Shown in pieces: positions 30,356-39,378 of a DNA stretch of 64,000 nt. How positions within the stretch are numbered: position 1 is the first letter of the stretch; every line of letters begins with the position of its first letter. A model generated the notes under the pieces. It did no database searches and was not told where the DNA came from. It worked only from the letters and a program-made list of their open reading frames with translations. Source of the DNA: Candidatus Latescibacterota bacterium. GTDB lineage: Bacteria; Latescibacterota; UBA2968; UBA8231. The translations under genes were made by a program, and so were the position numbers. The stretch spans positions 1,088,001-1,152,000 of the forward strand of contig CBDCSU010000004.1 of the NCBI GenBank assembly GCA_965221775.1, given 5' to 3'.

Positions 30356-31777
30356 GTGATACCCGCACCCGGCTCCGGCCACCGGAGCGCGCCGGCCCTC
30401 CTGCTGTGGACGGCGGCGGCGCTGATCACGGCCACCGAAGCCTGGTCCCAGGACGGGCTCCAGAACCGGGTGGCCAACACCAGCCTCCTCGTCGACCTGG
30501 CCGCCGGGCCGCCTCCCTCCACGATCTCCGCCACCGGCCTGTACAGCGACATCGAGTCCCGGACCCCGTCGCCGGGACTGGTCCCGTTCTCGGTCAACTC
30601 GCCCCTGTGGTCGGACGGGGCCCACAAGGTCCGCTACCTCGCCCTGCCGGGCCTGTCGCAGATCGAGTTCTCCCGCGGCGGCCCCTGGCGGTTCCCGCCC
30701 AACACGGTGCTGGTGAAGAGCTTCTACCTCGACATGGTGCGGGGCGACCCCTCGTCGCGGCGGATCATCGAGACGAGGCTGCTGATCCGGGCTGGCGACA
30801 GCGAGCGCTGGGAGGGCTTCAGCTACCGCTGGAACGAGGCCGGCACCGACGCCGAGCTGCTGATCCCGGGGGGCACCGCGCGCTACGAGATCGTCGATGC
30901 AGCGGCCCCCGGCGGCCGCGCCCACGTGGACTACCGCTTCCCCGCCTCGGAGGACTGCAGCCGCTGCCACACCGCCCAGGTGGGACAGGTGCTCGGCGTG
31001 AGGACCGCCCAGCTCAACGGCTTCCACGACTACGGCGGCGTCTCCGCCCACCAGCTGGAGACCTGGAACCGCCTCGGCCTGTTCACCGAGGACATCGGCG
31101 GTGGCTTCGAGGAGCTCCCGCGGTGGGAGGACCCCGCCGACGGCTCGGCCTCGCTGTCCGGGCGGGCGCGGTCCTACCTGGCGGCCAACTGCGCCAACTG
31201 CCATCGGCCCGGCGGCCTGCGGCGCACCGAGATCGACCTGCGCTACGAGACGGAACTGGAGGCCGCCGGCATCGTGGACGTTCCCCCCAACCTCGGCGTG
31301 GACGGCTTCGACCGGCGCATCCTCTTGCCCGGCGACGGGGGGAACTCCGTCCTCGTCCTGCGCATGCTGGCCCTCGACGACCGGCGCATGCCGCCCCTGG
31401 CCTCGGGGGTCATCGACGAGGAAGGGGTGCGGATCGTCTCGCGCTGGATCGACGCTCTCGGCGAGCCGACGGCCGTCTCCGGCCCCCTGCCCTCCCCCAA
31501 GGCCCCGACCCTGCTGAGGGGTTGGCCCAACCCCTTCAACGCCTCCACCACGATCGCCTGGTCCCTGGCGCAGGGAGGGCGGGTCGACCTCGCCGTCCAC
31601 GATGTCGCCGGCCGGCGGGTCCGCACCCTGGTCTCGTCCCGGCTCGCGGCGGGAGAGCACCAGGCCCGCTGGGACGGCCGCGACGACAGCGGCGCGCCGG
31701 CGGCCAGCGGCGTCTACCTGGCGCGCGTGCGGACGACGGCCGAAACGCGCACCTTCAAGCTGACCCTGCTTCGATGA
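30356..31777 (+). CDS. Secreted diheme c-type cytochrome (SO2930-like) with C-terminal FlgD-Ig domain
   Basis: 'VNSPLWSDGAHKVRY', 'FPPNTVLVKSF', CSRCH, CANCH, 'RMPPL'; CTD 'PNPFNASTTI...WDGRDDSG..AASGVYL'; start approximate. Confidence 0.8.
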   Translation: MIPAPGSGHRSAPALLLWTAAALITATEAWSQDGLQNRVANTSLLVDLAAGPPPSTISATGLYSDIESRTPSPGLVPFSVNSPLWSDGAHKVRYLALPGLSQIEFSRGGPWRFPPNTVLVKSFYLDMVRGDPSSRRIIETRLLIRAGDSERWEGFSYRWNEAGTDAELLIPGGTARYEIVDAAAPGGRAHVDYRFPASEDCSRCHTAQVGQVLGVRTAQLNGFHDYGGVSAHQLETWNRLGLFTEDIGGGFEELPRWEDPADGSASLSGRARSYLAANCANCHRPGGLRRTEIDLRYETELEAAGIVDVPPNLGVDGFDRRILLPGDGGNSVLVLRMLALDDRRMPPLASGVIDEEGVRIVSRWIDALGEPTAVSGPLPSPKAPTLLRGWPNPFNASTTIAWSLAQGGRVDLAVHDVAGRRVRTLVSSRLAAGEHQARWDGRDDSGAPAASGVYLARVRTTAETRTFKLTLLR

Positions 31778-31800
31778 CGCGCCCCCGCGAAAGGAAGCCG

Positions 31801-33384
31801 ATGCACCCTCTCGCCCTCTCCCTCCTGACGGCCGCCGTCTTCCTCGCCGGCCCCGCCAGCGCCCAGTTCGAGATCGGCGGCGACCCGCGCGTGAACCCGG
31901 AGGACTTCACCATCACCACCTACGCCGGCGGCCTCAACTTCCCCGTGGGCATGGCCGAGCTGGACGACGGCTCGATCCTCACCGCCGTGGCCAACGGCCC
32001 CACCCTCTTCGGCAGCGCCTCGGGGAGCCTCCTGCGCCTCGTCGACGACGACGGCGACGCCATCGCCGACCGCTGGATCCGGCTCGAGGAGGAGCTGGCC
32101 GTGGGCGGTCCCACGGCCCTCGACCGGGCCGGCGAGCTGCTCTTCGTCACCGGCCAGGGGCAGCCGATCCTCATCCTTCACATGGGTCCGGAGCCCGACT
32201 ACGAGATCACCCAGGTGGGCCGCATCGACCTCAACGACGCCTCCCTGCTGCACCCCAACTCCGCCCTGGCGGCGCGGCAGGTGGACGGCGTCTACGAGCT
32301 GTTCTTCCCCCTCGGCTCGGCGGTGAACTTCGCGAAGACCACCCAGACCCGGCCCCTCGTCAGCGACTTCGGCCTCGCCGCCGACCTGGCCTGCGACGCC
32401 ATCCACCGCCTCACCTTCCGCTTCGACGGCGGGACGATCACCGAGGCGGAGGTGATCCAGATCGCCACCGGCCTGCGCTCGGCCTCGGGGCTCGCCTTCC
32501 ACCCCGAGACGGGGGATCTCTACTTCGAGGACAACGGCATCGACGGGCTGCAGAACGCCATCGAGGCCCACAGCGCCGACGAGATCAACATGATCCCCAA
32601 CGACGAGCTCGGCGGCGAGATCGAGGACTTCGGCTTCCCCGACCACTACATCGCCTACCGCACCGGCGAGTTCGTCGGCGGCGGCGCCATCCCGCCGCTG
32701 GTCGCCTTCCTGCCCCTGCCCGACCCGGCCACCGGCTCCGAGGCCGAGGGCCCCAACGAGATCGCCTTCGCCCCGCCCGGGTTCCCGCCGGGGCTCAACA
32801 ACGGCCTCTTCGTCGGCTTCCACGGCCAGTTCTTCCTCGGCGGCCGCGCCAACGAGGAGAACCCCCTGGTCTACGTCGACCTCGAGACGCGGGAGTACTT
32901 CCACTTCATCAGCAACGAGGAGCCCGCCGTGGGCCACCTCGACGGGCTGCTCTCCTCGGGCGACCGGCTCTACGTCTCCGACATCGCCAACCGCGGCGGC
33001 CTCGGCTACGATGACCGCAACTCCGGGGCGATCTACGTGATCCGCTACACCGGCCCCGACCTCACCGCCGTCAGCGAGCTCTCCGTCTCCCGGCCCGAGG
33101 GGTTCTCCCTGGACCGGGCCTTCCCCAACCCCTTCAACCCCTCCACGACGATCCGCTTCACCGTGCCCGAGGGGGCGCGCCAGGCGGCGCGGCTGGACGT
33201 CCACGACCTGACGGGCCGCCGGGTGCGGCGCCTCTTCGACGAGGTGGTGAGCGGCGGCGCCCGGGCCGTCGCCTGGGACGGCCGCGACGACGCCGGGCGT
33301 CCGGCGGCCAGCGGCACCTACGTGTACCGCCTCGTCTGCGGCGACAGGTTCACCGCCGCGGGACGGGTGACCCTGCTCAAGTGA
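31801..33384 (+). CDS. Secreted glucose/sorbosone-dehydrogenase-like beta-propeller with C-terminal FlgD-Ig domain
   Basis: Signal peptide; 'GLNFPVGMA', 'ATGLRSASGLAFHPETGDLYFEDNG', 'DEIN..DFGFP'; CTD 'PNPFNPSTTI...WDGRDD'; alternative start 31774. Confidence 0.8.
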   Translation: MHPLALSLLTAAVFLAGPASAQFEIGGDPRVNPEDFTITTYAGGLNFPVGMAELDDGSILTAVANGPTLFGSASGSLLRLVDDDGDAIADRWIRLEEELAVGGPTALDRAGELLFVTGQGQPILILHMGPEPDYEITQVGRIDLNDASLLHPNSALAARQVDGVYELFFPLGSAVNFAKTTQTRPLVSDFGLAADLACDAIHRLTFRFDGGTITEAEVIQIATGLRSASGLAFHPETGDLYFEDNGIDGLQNAIEAHSADEINMIPNDELGGEIEDFGFPDHYIAYRTGEFVGGGAIPPLVAFLPLPDPATGSEAEGPNEIAFAPPGFPPGLNNGLFVGFHGQFFLGGRANEENPLVYVDLETREYFHFISNEEPAVGHLDGLLSSGDRLYVSDIANRGGLGYDDRNSGAIYVIRYTGPDLTAVSELSVSRPEGFSLDRAFPNPFNPSTTIRFTVPEGARQAARLDVHDLTGRRVRRLFDEVVSGGARAVAWDGRDDAGRPAASGTYVYRLVCGDRFTAAGRVTLLK

Positions 33385-33391
33385 GGATGCC

Positions 33392-34306
33392 ATGAGGCCG
33401 GAGCTGCTCTCTCTCACCCGGGTCTGGGACCGGGCCCCCCACAGCGCCTTCACCGACCTGCTGCGCCACCGCGGCCGCTGGTGGTGCACCTTCCGCGAGG
33501 CCGACGATCACGGCCCCAGCCTCGGCACCCTGCGGGTCCTCTCCTCGACCGACGGCGCGGGCTGGACCAGCGCCGCCGAAATCGCCGAGGCCGGCGTCGA
33601 CCTGCGCGACCCCAAGCTCTCGGTGACGCCCGGCGGCCGCATGATGCTGCTCACCTGCGCCTGCGTCTACGACGAGGGCAACGAGTATCAAACGCGCTCG
33701 CCGAGGGTGTGCTTCTCCGACGACGGGGAGAGCTGGACGACGCCGGCCCGCTTTCTGGCCGAGGACCACTGGCTGTGGCGCGTGACCTGGCACGGGGAGG
33801 TCGGCTACGGCGTCTCCAAGCTGGGCGAGGGCGACCACCCGCGCCGGGGGTTCCTCTACCGCACGCGGGACGGCCTGGAGTGGGAGTGGCTCACCGAGTT
33901 CCTCCTGCCCCGGGAGACGTGGACGGCGAGCGAGACGACGGTGCGGATCCTGCCCGACGAGCGCATGGTGGCCCTGGTGCGGCCCAACTGGATCGGCGTG
34001 AGCGAGCCGCCGTACCGGGACTTCGGGTGGACCGAGCTGGAGGAGCGCATGGGGGGGCCGAACTTCCTGGTCCTGCCCGGCGGCGCCATGTGGGCCTGCG
34101 CCCGGGGACGGCACCTCGACGGCGGCGCCGCCACCGTCCTGTCACGGATGACGCCGACGGAGTACGAGCCCGTCATGCGGCTGCCGAGCGGCGGCGACTG
34201 CTCCTACCCGGGCATGGTCTGGCACGACGGCCTGCTGTGGATGAGCTACTACTCCTCCCACGAGGGCAAGGCCTGCATCTACCTGGCGAGGCTCCGCCTG
34301 CCCTGA
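33392..34306 (+). CDS. BNR/sialidase-like beta-propeller protein
   Basis: 'HSAFTDL', Asp-boxes 'SSTDGAGW' and 'FSDDGESW', 'DLRDPKL', 'SGGDCSYPG'. Confidence 0.85.
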   Translation: MRPELLSLTRVWDRAPHSAFTDLLRHRGRWWCTFREADDHGPSLGTLRVLSSTDGAGWTSAAEIAEAGVDLRDPKLSVTPGGRMMLLTCACVYDEGNEYQTRSPRVCFSDDGESWTTPARFLAEDHWLWRVTWHGEVGYGVSKLGEGDHPRRGFLYRTRDGLEWEWLTEFLLPRETWTASETTVRILPDERMVALVRPNWIGVSEPPYRDFGWTELEERMGGPNFLVLPGGAMWACARGRHLDGGAATVLSRMTPTEYEPVMRLPSGGDCSYPGMVWHDGLLWMSYYSSHEGKACIYLARLRLP

Positions 34307-34337
34307 GGGATCGGCGCCCGGCGCGGTTCCCCCCGCC

Positions 34338-35021
34338 TCAGGAGTCCGCGTCGAGCATGGCCTGCACCTCCCCGGCGACGCCGTCCACCACGGCCTTCAT
34401 GATCGCCTGGCCCTTCTCGAGGCTGGCCTTCTTCGCGTTCGCGTAGTTGACGCCGCCGACGCGGACCCGCTGCGGGAAGCGCGCCAGGGCGAAGGAGGTC
34501 TCGAACTCGCCGGCGTGGCCCGCGGAGCGCTCCAGCTCGAGGTTGGCCTCGTACCACTCCTGGCTCACCGTCTCCCAGTAGGTCACGTAGCGCACGCCCA
34601 TGGCGTCGAGCCGGGCCAGGCCCTCGGGGGCCTTGGTCTCCATGTTCTTCCTCTTGTTGCCGCCGTGGCCGTTGACCACCATCACCTTGTTCACGCCGAG
34701 GCGCATGAGGCTGTCGCAGACGTCGTGGACCGTCTCCATATGGACCTCGGCGCGCACCGTGAGGGCCCCGCCCCGGGCCATGTGGTGCTCGGAGACGGTC
34801 ATGGGGATGGTGGGGGCCACGATCACCCGCGGCCAGAACCGCAGGGCCGCGCGGCGGACGATCTCGGTGACCGACGCCGTGTCGTGGATCATGGCCAGGT
34901 GGTCCTGGTGCTGCTCGGTGGCGCCCGTGGGCACGATGCCGGCCTCGATCGTGCCGTCGGCCACGGCGTCGTTGAACTCCTTCCGCGTCAGCTCCCCGAA
35001 GTGGACGTTGCCCGGTCGCAT
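34338..35021 (-). CDS. Creatininase/amidohydrolase family protein
   Basis: 'PTGATEQHQDHL..HDT', 'SEHH', 'VNGHGGN', 'HAGEFETS'; SD AGGAG. Confidence 0.9.
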   Translation of the reverse strand: MRPGNVHFGELTRKEFNDAVADGTIEAGIVPTGATEQHQDHLAMIHDTASVTEIVRRAALRFWPRVIVAPTIPMTVSEHHMARGGALTVRAEVHMETVHDVCDSLMRLGVNKVMVVNGHGGNKRKNMETKAPEGLARLDAMGVRYVTYWETVSQEWYEANLELERSAGHAGEFETSFALARFPQRVRVGGVNYANAKKASLEKGQAIMKAVVDGVAGEVQAMLDADS

Positions 35022-35100
35022 CGACTCTCTCCTGTGACTACGATTTGAACCGCCGAGTGCAAGTATAGCCCTTCGCCCCCACCCGATCAGGAGACCGGAC

Positions 35101-35433
35101 ATGTACTCCACCGCCCTCGTCATGCGCCTGCGCCCCGGCGGTTACGCCGGCTACAAGAAAGCCCACGACGAGCTCTGGCCCGAGATCAACCGCTCCATGG
35201 CCGACCACGGCGTCAGCATGGGCATCTACCGCCACGGCGACCTGCTCTTCCTCTTCGCCTGCGCCCCCACCGAGGCCGACTGGGAGGCGAGCCGGGAGTA
35301 CCCGATCCTGGAGGAGTGGACCAAGTACATGCGCGAGTACCTCGACGACGGCGACGACGGGGAGCTGTTCTTCGAGCCCCTCGAGGAGGCCTTCGTCTTC
35401 GGCCTCTTCGACGTGGAGGGAATGCACCGATGA
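35101..35433 (+). CDS. L-rhamnose mutarotase family protein
   Basis: 'MRLRPG..YKKAHDELWPEI', 'LEEAF'; SD AGGAG. Confidence 0.85.
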   Translation: MYSTALVMRLRPGGYAGYKKAHDELWPEINRSMADHGVSMGIYRHGDLLFLFACAPTEADWEASREYPILEEWTKYMREYLDDGDDGELFFEPLEEAFVFGLFDVEGMHR

Positions 35434-36443
35434 AGACCCGGGAGCTGGTCGTCGTCGAGCCCGGGCGGATCGAGCTGCAGGAGGCGGACCTCGACGAGGC
35501 GCTGGCCCCTCACGAGATCCTGGTGGAGACGGAGCACTCCATCGTCTCCGCCGGCACCGAGGGCGCCGGGTTCACCGGCCTGGTGAGGCAGATGCCCTTC
35601 GGCGACGCCGGCCGCTACCCCCGCGGCACCGGCTACGGCAACCTCGGCCGCGTCCTCGCCGCCGGCTCACCCGACCTCGGCTGCGCCCCCGGGGACCGGG
35701 TCCTCACCTTCGCCCGCCACGCCTCGCACGCCAAAGCCGACGCCGGCCGCTTCGCCCTGCCCGTGCCGTCCGGACCGCCGGGGGAGCACCTCGTCTTCGC
35801 GCGCATGGCCGGCGTGTCGATCTCGGCCCTGCGCTCCTCCTCCGTGCAGCCGGGAGACGCGGTCCTCGTCATCGGCATGGGCCTGGTGGGCAACCTCGCC
35901 GCCCAGCTCTTCCGTATGGCCGGCGCCGAAGTGGCCGTGGCGGATCTGTCCGGCCTGCGGCTCCAGCGCGCCCGCCAGTGCGGCATCGAGCGCGTCATCC
36001 ACCCGCCCGGCGAGGACCTGGTGGAGGCGGTGAAGGAGTGGACCGGCGGCGAGGGGGCGCGCATCACCGTGGAGGCCATCGGCATCAGCGAGGTCATCGC
36101 CCGGGCCGTGGACTGCACCGCCCGCCACGGCGAGGTGATCCTCCTCGGCAGCCCGCGGGCCCCGGCCTCCTTCGACGCCACCCCCATGCTCCTGCGCATC
36201 CACCTGGAGGCGATCCGCATGATCGGCGCCCTGGAGTGGCGCTGGCCGCAGCACCCCACCGAGCGCACCCGCGACCTGGACAGCAACTACCGCCAGCTGG
36301 CCGACTGGATCGCCGCGGGCCGGCTGCGGGTGGAGCCGCTGCTGACGCACCTGGTCTCGCCGGCGGAGTGCCAGCGCATGTACGACGGGCTCGCCCACCG
36401 GCGGGAGGAGTACCTGGGGGTGGTGTTCGACTGGGGGATGTAG
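35430..36443 (+). CDS. Medium-chain (Zn-binding-family) dehydrogenase
   Basis: 'SIVSAGTE', 'YPRGTGY', 'VIGMGLVGNL'; ATGA overlap. Confidence 0.88.
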   Translation: MKTRELVVVEPGRIELQEADLDEALAPHEILVETEHSIVSAGTEGAGFTGLVRQMPFGDAGRYPRGTGYGNLGRVLAAGSPDLGCAPGDRVLTFARHASHAKADAGRFALPVPSGPPGEHLVFARMAGVSISALRSSSVQPGDAVLVIGMGLVGNLAAQLFRMAGAEVAVADLSGLRLQRARQCGIERVIHPPGEDLVEAVKEWTGGEGARITVEAIGISEVIARAVDCTARHGEVILLGSPRAPASFDATPMLLRIHLEAIRMIGALEWRWPQHPTERTRDLDSNYRQLADWIAAGRLRVEPLLTHLVSPAECQRMYDGLAHRREEYLGVVFDWGM

Positions 36444-36482
36444 GGGTGCGGTCCGGGAATCCCCTCGGACAACCGCCGAGCT

Positions 36483-36512
36483 TTGCATAGTGATACCTCC
36501 CTTGGTACCATT
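36483..36512 (+). promoter_or_regulatory. hicAB promoter with imperfect palindrome (candidate HicB operator)
   Basis: TTGCAT-17 nt-(TGG)TACCAT; TGATACC...GGTACCA imperfect inverted repeat across spacer and -10. Confidence 0.6.
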
Positions 36513-36520
36513 CAACCGTC

Positions 36521-36775
36521 ATGCGAACCAAGCACCGGCGCACTCTGGAGGGTGTGCTCAAGACGCCGACGCCGGCAGGTATCCGATGGACGGACATCAT
36601 TGCCATGCTGGGAGCAGCAGGCGTGGAGGTATCCCAGCGTTCGGGATCGCGCATACTGCTGAAGAAGGGAGCGGAACGAATGGTGGTTCACCGGCCCCAT
36701 CCAGAGCCAGAGACAGGGAGAGCGACTGTACGCGCCATTGCCGGGTTCCTAAGAGCCGCAGGAGTCAAACCATGA
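36521..36775 (+). CDS. hicA: HicA-family toxin
   Basis: 'IRWTDIIAML', 'SGSRI', 'VHRPHP'; 84 aa, ATGA overlap with hicB. Confidence 0.9.
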   Translation: MRTKHRRTLEGVLKTPTPAGIRWTDIIAMLGAAGVEVSQRSGSRILLKKGAERMVVHRPHPEPETGRATVRAIAGFLRAAGVKP

Positions 36776-37098
36776 TGAAGTACAAGGGATATACCGCCGA
36801 GGTCGAGTTCGACGACTCCGTGGGGCGTCTCCACGGACGGGTCGTAAACAGCGGACCCTATCCGATTGCCACTTTTGAGGCAACCGATGTCGAGGGGATT
36901 CGGCGCGAGTTCCACCACTCCATTGACGAGTACCTCCAGTCCTGTGAAGAAGACGGCGTGGAGCCTCGGAAGCCTTTCTCAGGCAAGCTCAACCTGCGGC
37001 TGGGGCCAGACTTGCATCAGCGCGTTGCACGCTCGGCGGCGGAGAGCGGTCTGAGCCTGAACAGTTGGATCACCCAAGCCCTTGAGAAGAGCCTGTGA
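36772..37098 (+). CDS. hicB: HicB-family antitoxin
   Basis: 'MKYKGYTAEVEFD', 'SIDEYL..CEEDGVEPRKPFSGKLNLRLGPDLH', RHH 'SLNSWI'. Confidence 0.92.
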   Translation: MMKYKGYTAEVEFDDSVGRLHGRVVNSGPYPIATFEATDVEGIRREFHHSIDEYLQSCEEDGVEPRKPFSGKLNLRLGPDLHQRVARSAAESGLSLNSWITQALEKSL

Positions 37099-37164
37099 GA
37101 GCAATGCCCGCCAAGTTTGAGCCAGGATCCCCTCGACGCCGGGTCACCACGTCCCCCCGCGCAT

Positions 37165-37482
37165 ATGCTGCACAACATCGTCTCTGCCGTCTATCGGGGC
37201 GGCTACCTGGTCGAGCTGGAGTTCGACGACGGCCAGAGCGGAACCGTTGACTTCGCAGGGTACCTGTAGAGGCGGGGCGTATTCGAGCGTTTCCGGGATC
37301 TCGAGTTCTTCCGGAGCTTCACCATCAACAAGGAACTCGGAATTCTGACGTGGGGCGGCGGGATCGAGATTGCACCCGAAACTCTGTATGCTGCGGCTAC
37401 GGGGACGGATCTTCCGGCCTGGATGACTCCGGATAGATCGCCAGCCGGTCCAACCGGCTGTGAGACGGAAATGCCGGACTGA
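37165..37482 (+). pseudogene. DUF2442-family protein with in-frame TAG (37267-37269)
   Basis: MLHNIVSAVYRGGYLVELEFDDGQSGTVDFAGYL*RRGVFERFRDLEFFRSF...ILTWGGGIEIAPETLY; absent from ORF track. Confidence 0.75.
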
Positions 37483-37525
37483 AGGAACGGAAGGCGCGCC
37501 TCGATACCGACGTGCCGCGGTAGCC

Positions 37526-38140
37526 TCAGGCTGCGGCGATTAGACCCCCAAGCCTCTCAAACATCCGCTCGCAGTGAGCGCACCGCGTCCTCACCTTGCT
37601 GGCATCCATCCGTTTCAGAAGTTCGCTCGCATGCTGGATCTTGTGGTAGCGCCCCTTCTGCGTGTCTCTGGTCGCCCCGTCGAGAGACCGCACGATGTCG
37701 GCCTTGGGTACGGTCTGGAGGTTCATCGCCTTCGGTAGCTGGTTCACCCGGAATCCTTGTCCGTAGTACGCCGCGAGGGCCGCCAAGTCGGCCACGATCC
37801 AGGCTTCCATGGCCTGCACCATTAGGTGAACCCGGTCCTCCTCGGCAAAGCCCAGATCCCAATGGTCCCGGCCTTCCAGGTAGTCTCGGGGTGATTGGTC
37901 AACCGGTCCCTCGGCATCGACCAGCAGGACACTCACCGCATTGTCGCCGTTGCTGACGGCATTCCTGAACCCCCGGAATGCCTCGTCGCGGGGGCCGCAA
38001 CAGACCAGCTTCCAACGCAGCGCCTTGTTTCTGGCGGCTTCCTTGAGGGACTGTAGGAAGGCGTCCATTCCCTGGCGAAGAGCCGCCCGGTTCTCCTTGC
38101 CGGTACCCCCTCCTTCCATGTAGATGGCGATACCGCTCAC
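37526..38140 (-). CDS. DUF4276-family (TOPRIM-like) protein
   Basis: 'IYMEGGG', 'LLVDAEGP', 'LMVQAMEAWIVAD', 'YHKIQHA'; GTGA overlap with ATPase stop. Confidence 0.85.
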   Translation of the reverse strand: MSGIAIYMEGGGTGKENRAALRQGMDAFLQSLKEAARNKALRWKLVCCGPRDEAFRGFRNAVSNGDNAVSVLLVDAEGPVDQSPRDYLEGRDHWDLGFAEEDRVHLMVQAMEAWIVADLAALAAYYGQGFRVNQLPKAMNLQTVPKADIVRSLDGATRDTQKGRYHKIQHASELLKRMDASKVRTRCAHCERMFERLGGLIAAA

Positions 38141-39330
38141 GGGTTGGCGCCAAGCTCCCCCATCCGCCACAGGTCGCCGAGCCGGTATTCGTCCAGCCAG
38201 CTCGAGAGTTTCTCCGGATCGAGCCGACGCAGTTCCGTGCCCGCTCCTGGCCGCTCACATGCGACGATGGCGGCCGGATGGTCGGTCAGCGCCGACACGA
38301 GGGCGTCGGAGTGCGTCGTGACCACAAGCTGCATCCGCTTGGAAGCATCGACGAGAAGCTCGGCGAGCATGGTCACGGCGTCGGGATGCAATCCAAGCTC
38401 AGGCTCCTCCACGCATACCAGGGGTGGCGGCGACGCAGACAGCAGGGTCGCCAACAACGCGATGAAGCGGAGGGTGCCGTCGGATAGCCGGGTTGGGGGG
38501 ATCGGCGTATGGAACCCGGATTCGTGCAGGTAGAACTGTACTGTGCCCCCCGAGATCGAGGTGGACATGCGCTCGAACCGGGGAAAGAAGCGTCTCAGAT
38601 ACTCGTTGAATACCGGACCGGACTTGTGCTCGATCTGGTTGAGCACCAACGCGAGATTGCTGCAGTCGGGAAGCAGCCATTGCCCCGGAAGATCGGCGCG
38701 TTGCGGCTGTCGTATCCCGCCGTAGCGGCCGAAGGTCCATTCCCGGAAGGTCTGAATGAGGTGGAACTTCACGCCGAGCCATGTCAGTTCGGGATAGAGA
38801 TCCAGGTCCTTGCGCTGCGACAGGACCGACTGTTCCAAGGTGCCTTCGTCCAACTGCAATGTGCGCTCCTGGGCCTCTTCACCGGGTGTCCTCACTCGAA
38901 TCTTGACCACCCCTTGCTCATGCTTGTAGTAGGTAAGTGGCCCGTCCCCCGGCGGAGCAGCTTCCTCGATCACCTCTTCCTGGATGTGGGCCTTTGGACC
39001 CATGATGGTAAAGGACAGACGGTACTTCAACGGCTTGCCGCTGCCATAGTCGATGCTCTCGTATGAACCTGTCTCGACTTCCAATGTCGAAACACGCGGA
39101 GACTTCCCGGCACTGCCCTTCCAGAGCCACTCCAGGGCACCGCCCCCGTCCCTGATGGCGGCAGCAAAGTCCGCCGGTGCGGCTTTCAGCAGTTCCAGCA
39201 CCTCAATGAAGTTGGTCTTTCCCGACGCATTCGGACCGATGAGGACGTTCAGAGGCTGCAGTTCGAAGGACTCCATGTCCGGTGGGAACGACAACAGCCC
39301 GCCCGTGCGAAGACGCTTGATGAATTGCAT
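38137..39330 (-). CDS. ABC-type (AAA_21-like) ATPase
   Basis: Walker A 'LIGPNASGKTN', signature 'LSDGTLRF', Walker B 'CVEEPELGLHP', H-loop 'VVTTHS'. Confidence 0.92.
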   Translation of the reverse strand: MQFIKRLRTGGLLSFPPDMESFELQPLNVLIGPNASGKTNFIEVLELLKAAPADFAAAIRDGGGALEWLWKGSAGKSPRVSTLEVETGSYESIDYGSGKPLKYRLSFTIMGPKAHIQEEVIEEAAPPGDGPLTYYKHEQGVVKIRVRTPGEEAQERTLQLDEGTLEQSVLSQRKDLDLYPELTWLGVKFHLIQTFREWTFGRYGGIRQPQRADLPGQWLLPDCSNLALVLNQIEHKSGPVFNEYLRRFFPRFERMSTSISGGTVQFYLHESGFHTPIPPTRLSDGTLRFIALLATLLSASPPPLVCVEEPELGLHPDAVTMLAELLVDASKRMQLVVTTHSDALVSALTDHPAAIVACERPGAGTELRRLDPEKLSSWLDEYRLGDLWRMGELGANP

Positions 39331-39378
39331 GGCTATTGGCTCCTTTCCCCCTGCAGTAATCTGTCAGGCGTGCAGCGA

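Noticed and set aside
31500-33384. Similar DNA at the 3' ends of the two FlgD-domain genes as a mobile repeat
   Set aside because: Explained by the shared protein C-terminal domain
37267-37269. Pyrrolysine or amber recoding
   Set aside because: Single non-catalytic site; TAG is used as a normal stop elsewhere in the window (brxL, thrS); a nonsense mutation is simpler
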